Shown here: one piece after another, positions 50,385 through 60,704 of the stretch
Layout of the letters: the number at the start of each line of letters is the position of its first letter
How positions within the stretch are numbered: position 1 is the first letter of the stretch
DNA from: Fibrobacteria bacterium
GTDB taxonomy: Bacteria > Fibrobacterota > Fibrobacteria > UBA11236
Direction: 5' to 3'
DNA length: 64,000 nt
NCBI GenBank assembly: GCA_043745805.1
Contig: JAYTSD010000008.1
Location: 32,001-96,000 of the forward strand
Translations under genes and position numbers: made by a program
Notes under the pieces: model-generated
Told to the model about the DNA's origin: nothing
The model's database searches: none
The model's input: only the letters and a program-made list of their open reading frames with translations

Positions 50385-51701
50385 TTAACTACTCCGTTTA
50401 TCAATGGCATAATTACTACCATCAACTTTCTTTACATACTTTTTCATTTCTGCTGCAATAGAAACAATTTTGCGATGATCGGAAATAGGTTGATAATGAT
50501 TACTGGCCACGGCTAAAGAAATGGACATTAAGGGGAAACGTACACGTTTCCCTTGTCTATCTACTGAATCAATAAATCCTTGCTTGGCATCCACTTCATT
50601 ATAAAATTGATTGACGCCACTATCGAAGGTACTGACAATGCCCTTGCAAACAGCCTCCCATGAGGTATAGGAAGTAACGGTTACAAAATCATCACCCCCT
50701 TCATGGCCTACAAATGTGGTGTCATCTCCAAATTTTTTAGCCGCTTCTAAAAAGGCATCGCGTGTATATAAAATGGCATCATCGCCTTTGGAAAAACCAT
50801 ATTTATCATTATAGGCTTTGAAATTATCTAAGTCGCCATAAATAACCGCAAATTCCACGCCCTTACTAATACAATTTTCAATTTCTTTTACAATCACATT
50901 ATTGCCAGGCAAACCAGAAAGCGGATTCGCGCCTTTCGCTTCTTCGCGAATGCGTACAAGGTTCAATACCATTTCTTGAAATCCCGAAGCGAGCATTCCA
51001 ATTTCATCATTTTGTTTCACATCAATAGTTTGATTAAAGTCGCCTTTAGAAACGGCATGGGTAATACGTTCTAATTTGGTTAAGGGAATAATTACAATTT
51101 TACGCAAAAACATGGCAAAGATAAATTGCAAAACCATCACAATAAATGTGACCAGTAAGCATAAACGTAAAAGCACGTTCTTATCTTCTTCCAAGCCCTT
51201 AATCGTTAAGGGGAATTTGAAAACCACGGTTTCCCCACTTTTAGGCAAGGCCATAGGAATATATAAGCTGATTAAATGACTTTTAATATCAATGTCATGA
51301 TAAAACTCCTTATCTTCTAATTCATATTTCGCAATGCTGCGGTTTACGATTACTTTTTCTTCGGGAGGAACCGCGGGTGATTTGCCTGGACCTTTATAAT
51401 ATAGCGGCTCTCCAGCTTCGGAAAAAGCCATCATCTCTTTAATATTTTCTTTAGTTACGGCGGTAAAAATTTTTTCGTAGGTAGCTTGGTCTTGCTTATT
51501 CACCATATCGCCGCTAACCTTTGCGATGAGTTGGCGCATTTTCACAGATTGATTTTCGGCAACAACCTGTTGGTTACGGGTAATCAAATCACTTTGATTT
51601 TCCCAAATAATAAAATTGAATACCGATGATATCAAAACCGTGAGGATGATATAAAGGATACTGGTCTTATAAGAAAGGGAATTTCGGCGTATCCCGAGCA
51701 T
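50385..51701 (-). CDS. Membrane HAMP-GGDEF protein (GGDDF variant)
   Basis: Two TM, HAMP (DEIGMLA), NPLSGLPGN, DLDNFKAYNDKYG, GHEGGDDF. Confidence 0.87.
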   Translation of the reverse strand: MLGIRRNSLSYKTSILYIILTVLISSVFNFIIWENQSDLITRNQQVVAENQSVKMRQLIAKVSGDMVNKQDQATYEKIFTAVTKENIKEMMAFSEAGEPLYYKGPGKSPAVPPEEKVIVNRSIAKYELEDKEFYHDIDIKSHLISLYIPMALPKSGETVVFKFPLTIKGLEEDKNVLLRLCLLVTFIVMVLQFIFAMFLRKIVIIPLTKLERITHAVSKGDFNQTIDVKQNDEIGMLASGFQEMVLNLVRIREEAKGANPLSGLPGNNVIVKEIENCISKGVEFAVIYGDLDNFKAYNDKYGFSKGDDAILYTRDAFLEAAKKFGDDTTFVGHEGGDDFVTVTSYTSWEAVCKGIVSTFDSGVNQFYNEVDAKQGFIDSVDRQGKRVRFPLMSISLAVASNHYQPISDHRKIVSIAAEMKKYVKKVDGSNYAIDKRSS

Positions 51702-51710
51702 TAAACCTCA

Positions 51711-53249
51711 TCAGCTAACTTGGCGTCTGTCAAATCCTACAATCACCTGAAGTTTATCGAATAATTCCCTCTGAGTGCAAGGTTTTTCTATTAAAGTAAA
51801 TCCTAGGAAGCGACGAATCTCTTTATCTTCGGCTGGCATTTTAGCATCTATCAACAAAGCACACCGCGCTTCCGCACTTAATTGGCTTAAAGCCAACAAA
51901 TAATAATCCCGTCCAAAATTTTCTAATTGGGAGTTTTCATTAATTAAAATGAAATCCGTACCCGAAATACCGACTTTATTCCAAGTTTGCAAGGAAGTGG
52001 CAAAATAATCCATTTGCACATGCGGTAAAGGTTCGGATGCAGCAAGGGTTTGTAATTCAGGAAAGTCTTGGGCAAAGTCTAGCAATAAAATTCTTTGTTT
52101 AAACTTGGCTAATGCCATTTGTTTACGTTTTTCTATGGGCAAATGCATAATGAAAATTGAACCTTTGTGGCGGGTAGATTCCACAAATAATTTACCACCA
52201 TGTAATTCGATAAACGATTTACTAATGGCTAAACCTAAACCATGGCCTTTGCCCTTAATATTACTTCCGCCCCCAATTTCAAATTTATCGAAAATGGTTT
52301 CCATATCGGCTTGGGAAATGCCCGGGCCAGAATCTTGTATGGAAAAAACCAAGGCATTGCCTTGTTGATCGGTACGAATAGTAATTTTGCCTTTGGCTTT
52401 GGAAAATTTAATGGCATTGCCTAATAAATTAGTGAAGACGCGACTTAATTTTTGCACATCTAAATACATATCGGGCACCGATTTGAGCTGTAATTCAATG
52501 CCAATAGATTTGGTATCGGCTAAACCTTTAAGTGAGTCTACCGCTAATTCCACTTCGCGAATAAAATTCACTTTTTCCAATTTAAGCTGTAATTTACCTG
52601 CCCCAATTTTTGCCGAATCTAATAAGTCGGTAACCATATCAATGAGAAATTGACAATTACGATGAATGGTGCGAATCGGTTCTAACTGCGAAGCTTGCAA
52701 GTTACCTAATACACCTTCCATCAATAACTCGGCATAACAAATCATGGCCGCTAGAGGCGAACGTAAATCATGCACGGCCATTTGTAAAAAATCATTTTGA
52801 TAATTGAGATTCGCTTGTTGTTGACCAATGCGTGCATTTAAACGATGACTAATAATTTGATGCGAAAGTATTTTAGATTTTAAAGTTAAACGCGATTCCA
52901 AGCGTGATTTAAATAGTTGTCCATCGTCTTGGGCATCCCAAACAAAGGCAACGCCTTGTTCATAGCGCAAAACTTTTTCGGCAACCGAAATGGGCGTGAG
53001 CTGCACTAAAAAAGTATTGGGTAACACGACGGTTTCCCAACCTCCGTTAATCATCGCTTGATTAAAAAAATCAAATTGATTGGCATCGATTAAAAAAACA
53101 TGTGCAAAAGCGGACTGGTCCAAAGTGGGCAAGTCGGCAAATGCCAAAGATTGCATGGGAAAGGCCTCTAAAATTTTCCGCACATGGGATTCCACATCGC
53201 GATTTTGCGCGAGCAAATAAATTTTAGGGAGAATTATTTCCGTGGCCAT
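51711..53249 (-). CDS. Cytoplasmic histidine kinase flanked by degenerate receiver-like regions
   Basis: HDLRSPL H-box, NLLGNAIKF, DSGPGI, GHGLGL. Confidence 0.87.
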   Translation of the reverse strand: MATEIILPKIYLLAQNRDVESHVRKILEAFPMQSLAFADLPTLDQSAFAHVFLIDANQFDFFNQAMINGGWETVVLPNTFLVQLTPISVAEKVLRYEQGVAFVWDAQDDGQLFKSRLESRLTLKSKILSHQIISHRLNARIGQQQANLNYQNDFLQMAVHDLRSPLAAMICYAELLMEGVLGNLQASQLEPIRTIHRNCQFLIDMVTDLLDSAKIGAGKLQLKLEKVNFIREVELAVDSLKGLADTKSIGIELQLKSVPDMYLDVQKLSRVFTNLLGNAIKFSKAKGKITIRTDQQGNALVFSIQDSGPGISQADMETIFDKFEIGGGSNIKGKGHGLGLAISKSFIELHGGKLFVESTRHKGSIFIMHLPIEKRKQMALAKFKQRILLLDFAQDFPELQTLAASEPLPHVQMDYFATSLQTWNKVGISGTDFILINENSQLENFGRDYYLLALSQLSAEARCALLIDAKMPAEDKEIRRFLGFTLIEKPCTQRELFDKLQVIVGFDRRQVS

Positions 53250-53255
53250 ATTTTT

Positions 53256-54596
53256 TTAATCGTCATGAATTTTATATTCATTCAATTTATTCCGCAAGGT
53301 GCGAATACTGATATTCAACATTTCTGCCGCCTTGGTGCGATTGTCACCACAAGCGTCTAGGGTTTTTAAAATAAGTAAACGTTCCGCCTCGGCAACACTC
53401 ATTCCCGCAGCCAAAGGAGAATCCATGGTGGATTGGGTTTTTAGTACATCCATTTTCAAATGTTCTACGTTAATATCTTGGCATTTAGCAAATACTACGG
53501 CGCGTTGTACCACATTTTCTAATTCACGCACATTGCCAGGCCAAGCATGACTTTTTAAACGCATCATCGCTTCAGGTCGAATGCCTGCCACAGTAAATCC
53601 ATTCTCTTGATTATAACGATTGATAAAGTGTTCCACTAAAGCTTCTATGTCACTCATTCTTTCCCGCAGCGGAGGTACCGCCAAAGGGATTACATTTAAA
53701 CGATAATATAAATCTTCCCGAAAACACCCTTTCGCCACTTCTTCCTGCAAATTTCTATTGGTTATGCAAACAATACGAACATCGATAGGAATTTCATCAC
53801 TGCCTCCAATTTTGGTAATTTCTCTTTCTTGCAAAACGCGTAATAATTTACTTTGCGCATAAAGTGGCATTTCCCCTATTTCATCTAACATTAAGGTGCC
53901 GCCATTGGCTAATTCGAATTTCCCTATACGCGTTTTAATGGCGCCCGTATAAGATCCTTTTTCATGCCCAAATAATTCGCTCTCAATCAAACTTTCAGGA
54001 ATAGCTGCACAATTAATCTTTACAAAGGGGAAACCCGCACGTTTACTTTTATTATGAATAGCCTGGGCCATTAATTCTTTGCCTGTCCCACTTTCGCCGG
54101 TGATCAATACCGTAGAATTAGAAGCCGCAATTTCGTCGATAGTATGCATTAAAGTGGCTACTGACGGGCTTTGTCCTACAAAGGCATAACGGCTCGATAA
54201 GGTTTCACGCAAGCGACGATTTTCTTTTTGCAAACCACGGATTTGCAAAACTTGTGCCACCGTATGTTCTAGAATATCGATTTGAAATGGTTTCTCAATA
54301 AAATCTTGCACACCTAATTTCATGGCTTTAACCGCTGTTTCAATTGTGCCATAAGCGGTCATAAGTATCATGCATAAATTAGGATCCATGCCCAATAATT
54401 TTTCCGCTAATTCTAATCCATTCATGCCTGGCATTTTAAAATCGGAGATCACCAAATCGGTTTTACCCGGCTCAAAGCTTTCCAATAAGTCCTGGCCGCT
54501 GCGCTTAGTTTTAACTTTATAGCCTTGGCGCGTTAAGCTCGTGGAGATTAAATCTCGCATTAATTCTTCATCATCTACTACAATTATTTCTGCCAT
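53256..54596 (-). CDS. Sigma54-dependent response regulator (FleR/FlrC/NtrC family)
   Basis: Receiver, GESGTGKE, GSYTGA (GAFTGA-like), WPGNVRELEN, Fis-type HTH. Confidence 0.93.
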   Translation of the reverse strand: MAEIIVVDDEELMRDLISTSLTRQGYKVKTKRSGQDLLESFEPGKTDLVISDFKMPGMNGLELAEKLLGMDPNLCMILMTAYGTIETAVKAMKLGVQDFIEKPFQIDILEHTVAQVLQIRGLQKENRRLRETLSSRYAFVGQSPSVATLMHTIDEIAASNSTVLITGESGTGKELMAQAIHNKSKRAGFPFVKINCAAIPESLIESELFGHEKGSYTGAIKTRIGKFELANGGTLMLDEIGEMPLYAQSKLLRVLQEREITKIGGSDEIPIDVRIVCITNRNLQEEVAKGCFREDLYYRLNVIPLAVPPLRERMSDIEALVEHFINRYNQENGFTVAGIRPEAMMRLKSHAWPGNVRELENVVQRAVVFAKCQDINVEHLKMDVLKTQSTMDSPLAAGMSVAEAERLLILKTLDACGDNRTKAAEMLNISIRTLRNKLNEYKIHDD

Positions 54597-55852
54597 ACAC
54601 TCCCTCGAGAATCAATGCGAATTTCAAACTGGGTGCAAATCCCTAATTCGCTAGTCACTTTAATATTGCCCCCATGTAATTCAATAATTCGTTGAACTAT
54701 GGCTAGGCCGAGGCCAGTGCCTTGTTCTTTAGTAGTAAAAAAAGGATTAAATATTTTATCCAAATTTTCTTTGGGAATACCTTTGCCATTGTCTATAACG
54801 GAAACCAATAAAAAATCATCGGCATCCAAAGCCACCTTGATAGTCAGTATGCCTTGTGCTTCAATGGATTGAATCGCATTAAAAATTAAATTGAATAATA
54901 CTTGTTGAAATTTCTCCGGATCGATTTGTGCTTCTAATTTAGGAAAGCTATAATCGCGCTCAATAGCAATATTTTTTCCATCTTTAGCTATTTCCAATTC
55001 GGCATAACGCAAAATATCTTCCACCCATTGAATAATATCTAGGCGTTGCAATTGCAATTCCATCGGACGGGTAAACACTAATAAATTGGAAACAATTTTA
55101 TTCAGGCTAGAAACCCCTTGCACAATTTTGCGTACCAAATTGCGACGCGGATCGTCACTATCCAAATCGCGTTCTAATAAACCAGCAAAGCCACCGATAC
55201 CCGCCAAAGGATTACGTATCTCATGCGCTACCGTAGCCGCCATTTCCCCTAAAGCTGCCAAAGTTTTGGCATGCTGCATTTGTTTTTCCATTTGCTTCAT
55301 GGCCGTTAAATCGGTGGAAACTTCTACCGCGCCCAACAGTTCCCCTTGCGAGCCGCGCACCAATTTAGTGGTATAACCCACCGGTTTAAGCGAAGCGCCC
55401 ACTTTCCAATATTTTTCATGCCCACTTAAATTGCGTTTGCTATCAAGTGATTCTAGTAAGGGAAAATGATTTTCGCCCATGGCATGAAAAACTTCGGCAT
55501 AAGGTTTACCCAAGGCTTTTTCGGTCGGCATCGCATAAATGCGCTCTGCGGCCTGATTATAAAGAGTAATAGTTTTCTCTGTATCAATCATGATCACCGA
55601 GGTGTCCAAACTTTCAAGCACGGATCGCATTTGATTTTCTAGGCGTTCCGTTTCTGCTAAGGATTGAATGAGCTTACGATTTTTATCTTCCAATTCTTGG
55701 CTGATTTTATCGAACTTGACGCCAATATCTTTATAAGCCGTCTCTAATTTATTAACCGTGGTATTAAACCATTCGAATACTTCGTGCATTTGTGTTTGCG
55801 CTTCAGGAGGCAAATCACGTCCCAACATGTTCAAGGGATTCGTGGCGCTCAC
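54584..55852 (-). CDS. Cytoplasmic PAS histidine kinase (FleS/FlrB-like)
   Basis: N-terminal coiled coil, [33 protein letters not shown]; no TM. Confidence 0.9.
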   Translation of the reverse strand: MSATNPLNMLGRDLPPEAQTQMHEVFEWFNTTVNKLETAYKDIGVKFDKISQELEDKNRKLIQSLAETERLENQMRSVLESLDTSVIMIDTEKTITLYNQAAERIYAMPTEKALGKPYAEVFHAMGENHFPLLESLDSKRNLSGHEKYWKVGASLKPVGYTTKLVRGSQGELLGAVEVSTDLTAMKQMEKQMQHAKTLAALGEMAATVAHEIRNPLAGIGGFAGLLERDLDSDDPRRNLVRKIVQGVSSLNKIVSNLLVFTRPMELQLQRLDIIQWVEDILRYAELEIAKDGKNIAIERDYSFPKLEAQIDPEKFQQVLFNLIFNAIQSIEAQGILTIKVALDADDFLLVSVIDNGKGIPKENLDKIFNPFFTTKEQGTGLGLAIVQRIIELHGGNIKVTSELGICTQFEIRIDSRGSVWQK

Positions 55853-56256
55853 TTCATGCCACGATAAAGATTTAAACGCTCTTCAAGCCCTGCTGGAGGC
55901 AGTGGCGCAGTCTCAAATGAATCCGCATGTCGTACTTGTATCCCTTGCGCTAAGGTTTCTAATTCCGCGAGTAAAGTTTCCGCTTCACCCATTAAAATTT
56001 TTTGACGCTGAGTTTTTTCGAATTGAGAAAGTTTTTCAAGCAGCGGGCGAAGCGCATTTTTTTTGGCTTGCAAGGTCTCGGTAGCTAAAGTGAATTGAGC
56101 AATTAGTTCGGTTAGGCCTTCGGAGGAGGATTGCTGAGACTTTTGTAAAAATTGCACTTGCAAAACTTCGAGTCTACGAAAGGATTGCACATGCTCACGC
56201 AATAGGCTGGTAAAAAGCGCGAGTGGGAAAATTTTTTCAATTTCCAATTCCTTCAT
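55849..56256 (-). CDS. Helical hypothetical protein, possibly FlgN/FliT-like chaperone
   Basis: ATG at 56256 overlapping upstream stop; all-helical; C-terminal LNLYR; flagellar-regulator context. Confidence 0.45.
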   Translation of the reverse strand: MKELEIEKIFPLALFTSLLREHVQSFRRLEVLQVQFLQKSQQSSSEGLTELIAQFTLATETLQAKKNALRPLLEKLSQFEKTQRQKILMGEAETLLAELETLAQGIQVRHADSFETAPLPPAGLEERLNLYRGMK

Positions 56257-58384
56257 ATTGCTTTCGCCAAATTGTATCCTCTCTTTGCCATTTAGCCTGA
56301 GCGGCCCAATAACTATAAGGGTAATTATCAATTACCACCTTGTACTCGTTCAAGGCCATTTCGTAATTACTGGTTTCTTTATAGATGTTTGCCAATTGAT
56401 AGTGCACCCAAGAGCCGTCCTTAAAGCGTGGATCACGTTTAGCAATAGCCTGATATTCTTTTTTAGCCTCGGCCCAATTTTTATTTTTGAATTCAAAATC
56501 AGCGATTTGCACTTGTGATTCCGAACAAATGATATTCAATGCGGAATCGGTACAGTCATTGGAAGCCTTGCGAAAAAATTCTAAACCCTTTTCGGTATTC
56601 GCCGAACGCATATGCAAAGCCCCTAACTTGGCCCAAAGCTTTGCCTTCTTGTGCCTTTCGGTGGCGCTTTGAGCAGATTTTTCCAAATAACCGACCCACT
56701 TTTTAATATCCTGCGAAAGCTCCCCTACTTCCACCAAACGATCCTCTAAATTTTCATCTGAAGGCCCACCGGAACGCTTCGCTTTCAACCCATTCAGTAA
56801 ACGCTCGGCTTTTTCCCATGATTTTTTTTGCAAATGTGCTAAAGCTAAAAGGTATTGCGTTTGCGAGTTCAATTCGGAATCGGGAGTTAAGGATTTTAAT
56901 AATTCTTCGGTTTGTGCCAAGGCATTATCGTTTAATCCTAGTTGCAAATAGATGGTGGCCATATCTAAAGCTGCCACATCGGCGTATTCCGAGCCCCCAA
57001 ATTGCAAAATAATTTGCTTGAATTGATTAATCGCTTTTTCAAATCTCTCTTGTTTGTAGAGCTCTACCGCTTGATCTAGAGAGCCTCTGGCCTTACTCGC
57101 ATCATTCACACTATAAAACAAATAGCCTTCAACTGGCTTTGCGTGTGCAATCCGCAAAGTTAATTTTGCTACCTGCGATTTTGCCGATGGCAATTCCGTT
57201 TTCAACTCTGCATTCTGTTCTGTTTCGGATTTTATTTCCTCGGCATTATTTTCACCTTCTCGGTGATCCTTAGCCTTTTCATTTTCAGCAGTTTTTTTAA
57301 CTGCGGTATTTTCCGTGATATGTTCATTTTTATCAGCTATCGACTCAGTAACATTTGTGTTACCATGCAATTCTTGTAACCAAGTCTGCACTTGTTGCTT
57401 TGCATTTTCATCCGTGCTCACTTGCAAATATTTTTGATATTCACTTTCAGCCGCTTTTTTTTGTTTTTGGTTTTGATAAATTCGCCCTAAAAAATAATGG
57501 ACATTTTTGCCTTTTTCGGGATAAGCCTCACTGCGTTTAAAATTATATAAGGCCTTAGCATAATCGCCTTCTTGAAAACGAATTAAGCCACCCACATAGA
57601 ACGCACCGGCATGGCGCGGATTTTTATTCAAACATTCGCGTAAAGCTTTTTGTGCTAAATCCGTTTCGTTGGCATGATAATGCTGCAAGGCATTTGCAAA
57701 CTCTGGGCTGGCATAGACGCCCGTTTGCTGCGGTGCGGATAAGTTTGCGTCAAAAATAGTTTGATTATTTGCCGAAGGCTTTGCTTGTGGTAAAGGGTCT
57801 TCGCTTGCTTTAATTTTGGGCAACTCTTTAGACTTAGGCGTTTTATTCACGTCCGCTTTTATCGGCTCAGGATGATTGTCTTTTGCAGGAATCGTTTTAG
57901 CTTCAGGTGGTGCGTGGTCTTCTTCGGCTGCGACACCCTGATAAGGTGGACTTTCGATATTCGCAAATCTTTTTTGCGCACGATTTTTTTGTGCTGGATC
58001 TTGACTTAAATCGATTAATTTTCGCCACTCTAATTTGGCTTTATCTTTATCGCCATTTTTTTCATAAACCTGTGCTAAAGCTTCTTGAACATTTAATAAA
58101 CTCGGTTTTTTCTTAAGCGCTACTTTATAATTATCAGCAGCAAGCTTATAATTGCCCTGCTGCATACGGATTTTGCCAATTTCAGCATAGATCTCAGCTG
58201 CATCGGGATGCTCGCTTAAATAAAGGCGATACTCTTGTACCGCCTTATCATAATTTCCTTTTTCAATCCATTTTTGCGCAGACTCTAAACGCACATCGTC
58301 TTGTGCTGCGAAACTGGTTGTGCAAGCTAAGGCTAAACAAACCAGTATCCCAAAAAAATGCGAAGAGATCTTAACGCTTGTCAA
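56237..58384 (-). CDS. Secreted multi-TPR protein
   Basis: Signal peptide (TSFA), many TPR repeats with low-complexity linkers; TTG at 58384 likelier start. Confidence 0.8.
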   Translation of the reverse strand: MTSVKISSHFFGILVCLALACTTSFAAQDDVRLESAQKWIEKGNYDKAVQEYRLYLSEHPDAAEIYAEIGKIRMQQGNYKLAADNYKVALKKKPSLLNVQEALAQVYEKNGDKDKAKLEWRKLIDLSQDPAQKNRAQKRFANIESPPYQGVAAEEDHAPPEAKTIPAKDNHPEPIKADVNKTPKSKELPKIKASEDPLPQAKPSANNQTIFDANLSAPQQTGVYASPEFANALQHYHANETDLAQKALRECLNKNPRHAGAFYVGGLIRFQEGDYAKALYNFKRSEAYPEKGKNVHYFLGRIYQNQKQKKAAESEYQKYLQVSTDENAKQQVQTWLQELHGNTNVTESIADKNEHITENTAVKKTAENEKAKDHREGENNAEEIKSETEQNAELKTELPSAKSQVAKLTLRIAHAKPVEGYLFYSVNDASKARGSLDQAVELYKQERFEKAINQFKQIILQFGGSEYADVAALDMATIYLQLGLNDNALAQTEELLKSLTPDSELNSQTQYLLALAHLQKKSWEKAERLLNGLKAKRSGGPSDENLEDRLVEVGELSQDIKKWVGYLEKSAQSATERHKKAKLWAKLGALHMRSANTEKGLEFFRKASNDCTDSALNIICSESQVQIADFEFKNKNWAEAKKEYQAIAKRDPRFKDGSWVHYQLANIYKETSNYEMALNEYKVVIDNYPYSYWAAQAKWQREDTIWRKQYEGIGN

Positions 58385-59558
58385 AGCGTAGTACTCGCAC
58401 TTGCACCACATTGCTGATTTTTTGTAAAGATTCCAACAGAGCATTTGGCAATTCCGCTTCTAAATCAATAATATTATAGCCTATCTTACCATTGCTTTCA
58501 TTGGTATATGCTTGAATATTTAATCCGGCTCCACCCAAAACCTGAGTAATATGCGCAATCATATTAGGAACATCTTTGTTTATCACAATAATACGTGTTT
58601 GCGTGCTTTGTTGGGGAAACACTTCTATTGTTGGAAAATTCACTGAGTTATGCACCACGCCGTATTCCAAATACTCTTTGGTTTGCTTAACCGCCATCAC
58701 CGCACAATTTTCTTCGGACTCCGCAGTGCTTGCGCCCAAATGCGGTGTGCAAATTACTGCAGGATTTTCAATTAAGGTTTTAGTAGGGAAATCGGTAATA
58801 TAAGCCGAGACTTTACCACTAGTAATTCCTTTGAGCACCGCCTCATCATCATAAATCCCTTTGCGTGCATAGTTCAAAAGAATGGCGTTGCCTTTTAGTT
58901 TTGCGATGCGTTCATCATTGATTAAATGTTTGGTTTTATCGCTTAAAGGAACATGCACAGAAATGACATCACAATGCTGTACGATATAATCAACCGTATG
59001 GGCAATTTCAACTTTAGGATTGAGTAAATGCACATTAGCAATGGTAGGAAAAGGATCGTAGCCAATGACATTCATCCCATGATCAATTCCATAATTCGAA
59101 ACCAATACACCAATTTTTCCTAAGCCAATAACGCCTAAAGTTTTGCCGGCCAATTCCATGCCAGTATAGTTTGCTTTACCCTTTTCCACTTTTTCGGAAA
59201 TTACTTTTTCATCGGTTTCTTTAGCCAAGGATAAAGTAAACTCCAAACTTTTATGAATTTTACGCGCGGCAATACCCATCATAATAAATACTAACTCGGC
59301 TACCGCATTCGCATTGGCTCCAGGCGTATTGAAAATACAAACCCCTTTTTCGGTAGCTTTATCAATAGTGATATTGTTAACACCTGCACCTGCTCGAGCA
59401 ATTGATATGGCCGTAGGAAAATTATCCGTATCCACCAAAGCACTACGAACCAAAATTGCATCCGGTTGGCTTTCTTCTGATTGCACCGCATAACCCTCAC
59501 CAAATAGTTTTAGGCCCTGAGGCGAAATATTATTAAGGGTTTTAATTTTATACGGCAT
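58371..59558 (-). CDS. serA: D-3-phosphoglycerate dehydrogenase with ACT domain
   Basis: RAGAGVNNI, NTPGANANAVAEL, GLGKIG, TPHLGAST, NKDVPNMI. Confidence 0.92.
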   Translation of the reverse strand: MPYKIKTLNNISPQGLKLFGEGYAVQSEESQPDAILVRSALVDTDNFPTAISIARAGAGVNNITIDKATEKGVCIFNTPGANANAVAELVFIMMGIAARKIHKSLEFTLSLAKETDEKVISEKVEKGKANYTGMELAGKTLGVIGLGKIGVLVSNYGIDHGMNVIGYDPFPTIANVHLLNPKVEIAHTVDYIVQHCDVISVHVPLSDKTKHLINDERIAKLKGNAILLNYARKGIYDDEAVLKGITSGKVSAYITDFPTKTLIENPAVICTPHLGASTAESEENCAVMAVKQTKEYLEYGVVHNSVNFPTIEVFPQQSTQTRIIVINKDVPNMIAHITQVLGGAGLNIQAYTNESNGKIGYNIIDLEAELPNALLESLQKISNVVQVRVLRFDKR

Positions 59559-59745
59559 AAAGCTTCCTTTGCTGATAACTATCTAAGAACTTTGCGAAAA
59601 GTAAAAGTCTTGAGCCCGATTTAAAGGGGATTTACGAATTTTCATGTAATTAAATGTCTCCGGAGGCCTTACCTGTAAACTCTGGTCATTTGATCGTATG
59701 ACTAGAGCATATTGAACGAGTTTGAAGTAAAGAAAGTGGACTCTA

Positions 59746-59782
59746 AAACAAAAAAGAGTCTCAAGCAATGCTCAAAACTCTT
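59746..59782 (-). terminator. Intrinsic terminator after 59836-60549 gene
   Basis: Minus strand AAGAGTTTTGAGC-ATT-GCTTGAGACTCTT 13 bp stem (with G-U) then TTTTGTTTT. Confidence 0.7.
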
Positions 59783-59835
59783 CTTCGATTTTTTTTAGGT
59801 ACCCAGATAACTTTTAAAAAACTCTTTAAAAATTA

Positions 59836-60549
59836 TTAGGGATGAACTGGAGGCTGGCCAACCACATCGGTTATGGTAGTTACCGGTGGAGCGGGCTTGG
59901 GTTTTAAATAATCATAAGCAAAATAACCAGCACCACCTAAAATTGCCATAGCCAAAGGGAATTCCCAATAGAAGGCATTATTTTTACGGGTGATTTTATT
60001 TTCCAAACGCTTATTCCATTTAAAGGCCATGGTTATTACGCCAAAATCTTCTTGCACTTCGTATTCCAAATCAAATGCTGTGAAAAGTGTAACGCGCACC
60101 ACATCGCGTAAATCAGGCTTCATACCTTCAACATCTTTATTTAAATCCAGCTTAAACAATTCCACGGTGCTATTGCTAATGGGATGTTCATGAATCGCAT
60201 CCATTATACTTTCACCGATTTTTGTATCGTAAAAATCAAATACAATAGCCTTTTTAATGGGATCATAATAGTTGAAATAGGCGGAAGGTTTTTCGGTTAG
60301 TAAAAAAACCACGCTTAGTTCTTTAGAGTCGGGAGTGGCGCCAATTTTTTTATTGAATTGTACCCCTTCAATGGTACAAATAACGCCTTGTTCATCCTTG
60401 GTAATTGTTGGAGCTTCGGGGGCATCGACTAAATCTTCGTATTGAGCAAATGAAGTAGCACAAAAAATGGAAGCGACTAACCCTAGAATTTGTATCGGCT
60501 TTTTTAACACGACCAACCTTTCGATACTGTTTAATCTAAAATAGGCCAA
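59836..60549 (-). CDS. Secreted protein with AMIN-like domain, C-terminal TM and Pro-rich tail
   Basis: Signal peptide (TSFA), IVFDFYD...VVRVTL strands, LAMAILGGAGYFAY TM, KPKPAPP...QPPVHP; start uncertain. Confidence 0.6.
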   Translation of the reverse strand: MAYFRLNSIERLVVLKKPIQILGLVASIFCATSFAQYEDLVDAPEAPTITKDEQGVICTIEGVQFNKKIGATPDSKELSVVFLLTEKPSAYFNYYDPIKKAIVFDFYDTKIGESIMDAIHEHPISNSTVELFKLDLNKDVEGMKPDLRDVVRVTLFTAFDLEYEVQEDFGVITMAFKWNKRLENKITRKNNAFYWEFPLAMAILGGAGYFAYDYLKPKPAPPVTTITDVVGQPPVHP

Positions 60550-60642
60550 TAATCGACCCTGTCAATTGATTTGGCTTTAATCCACGCTTTTAAGATAAAA
60601 ATTCCCGTCAAAAAGAAAGGCTAACCCTAGCGAAAAGGAAAG

Positions 60643-60672
60643 AAAAAATCGGGTAGCCCGAAAGGACTTCCG
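60643..60672 (-). terminator. Intrinsic terminator after the Ig-heme gene
   Basis: Minus strand CGGAAGTCC-TTTC-GGGCTACCCG followed by ATTTTTT. Confidence 0.55.
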
Positions 60673-60704
60673 TTTTTGGAGTTTAAGGAAGGAAAAATCA
60701 AAAG

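Noticed and set aside
60605-60680. GGCTAACC...CGAAA and a GAAA-loop hairpin resembling a c-di-GMP-I riboswitch
   Set aside because: Core GGGACGCAAAGC-like segment absent and no downstream gene on that strand; better explained as the minus-strand terminator
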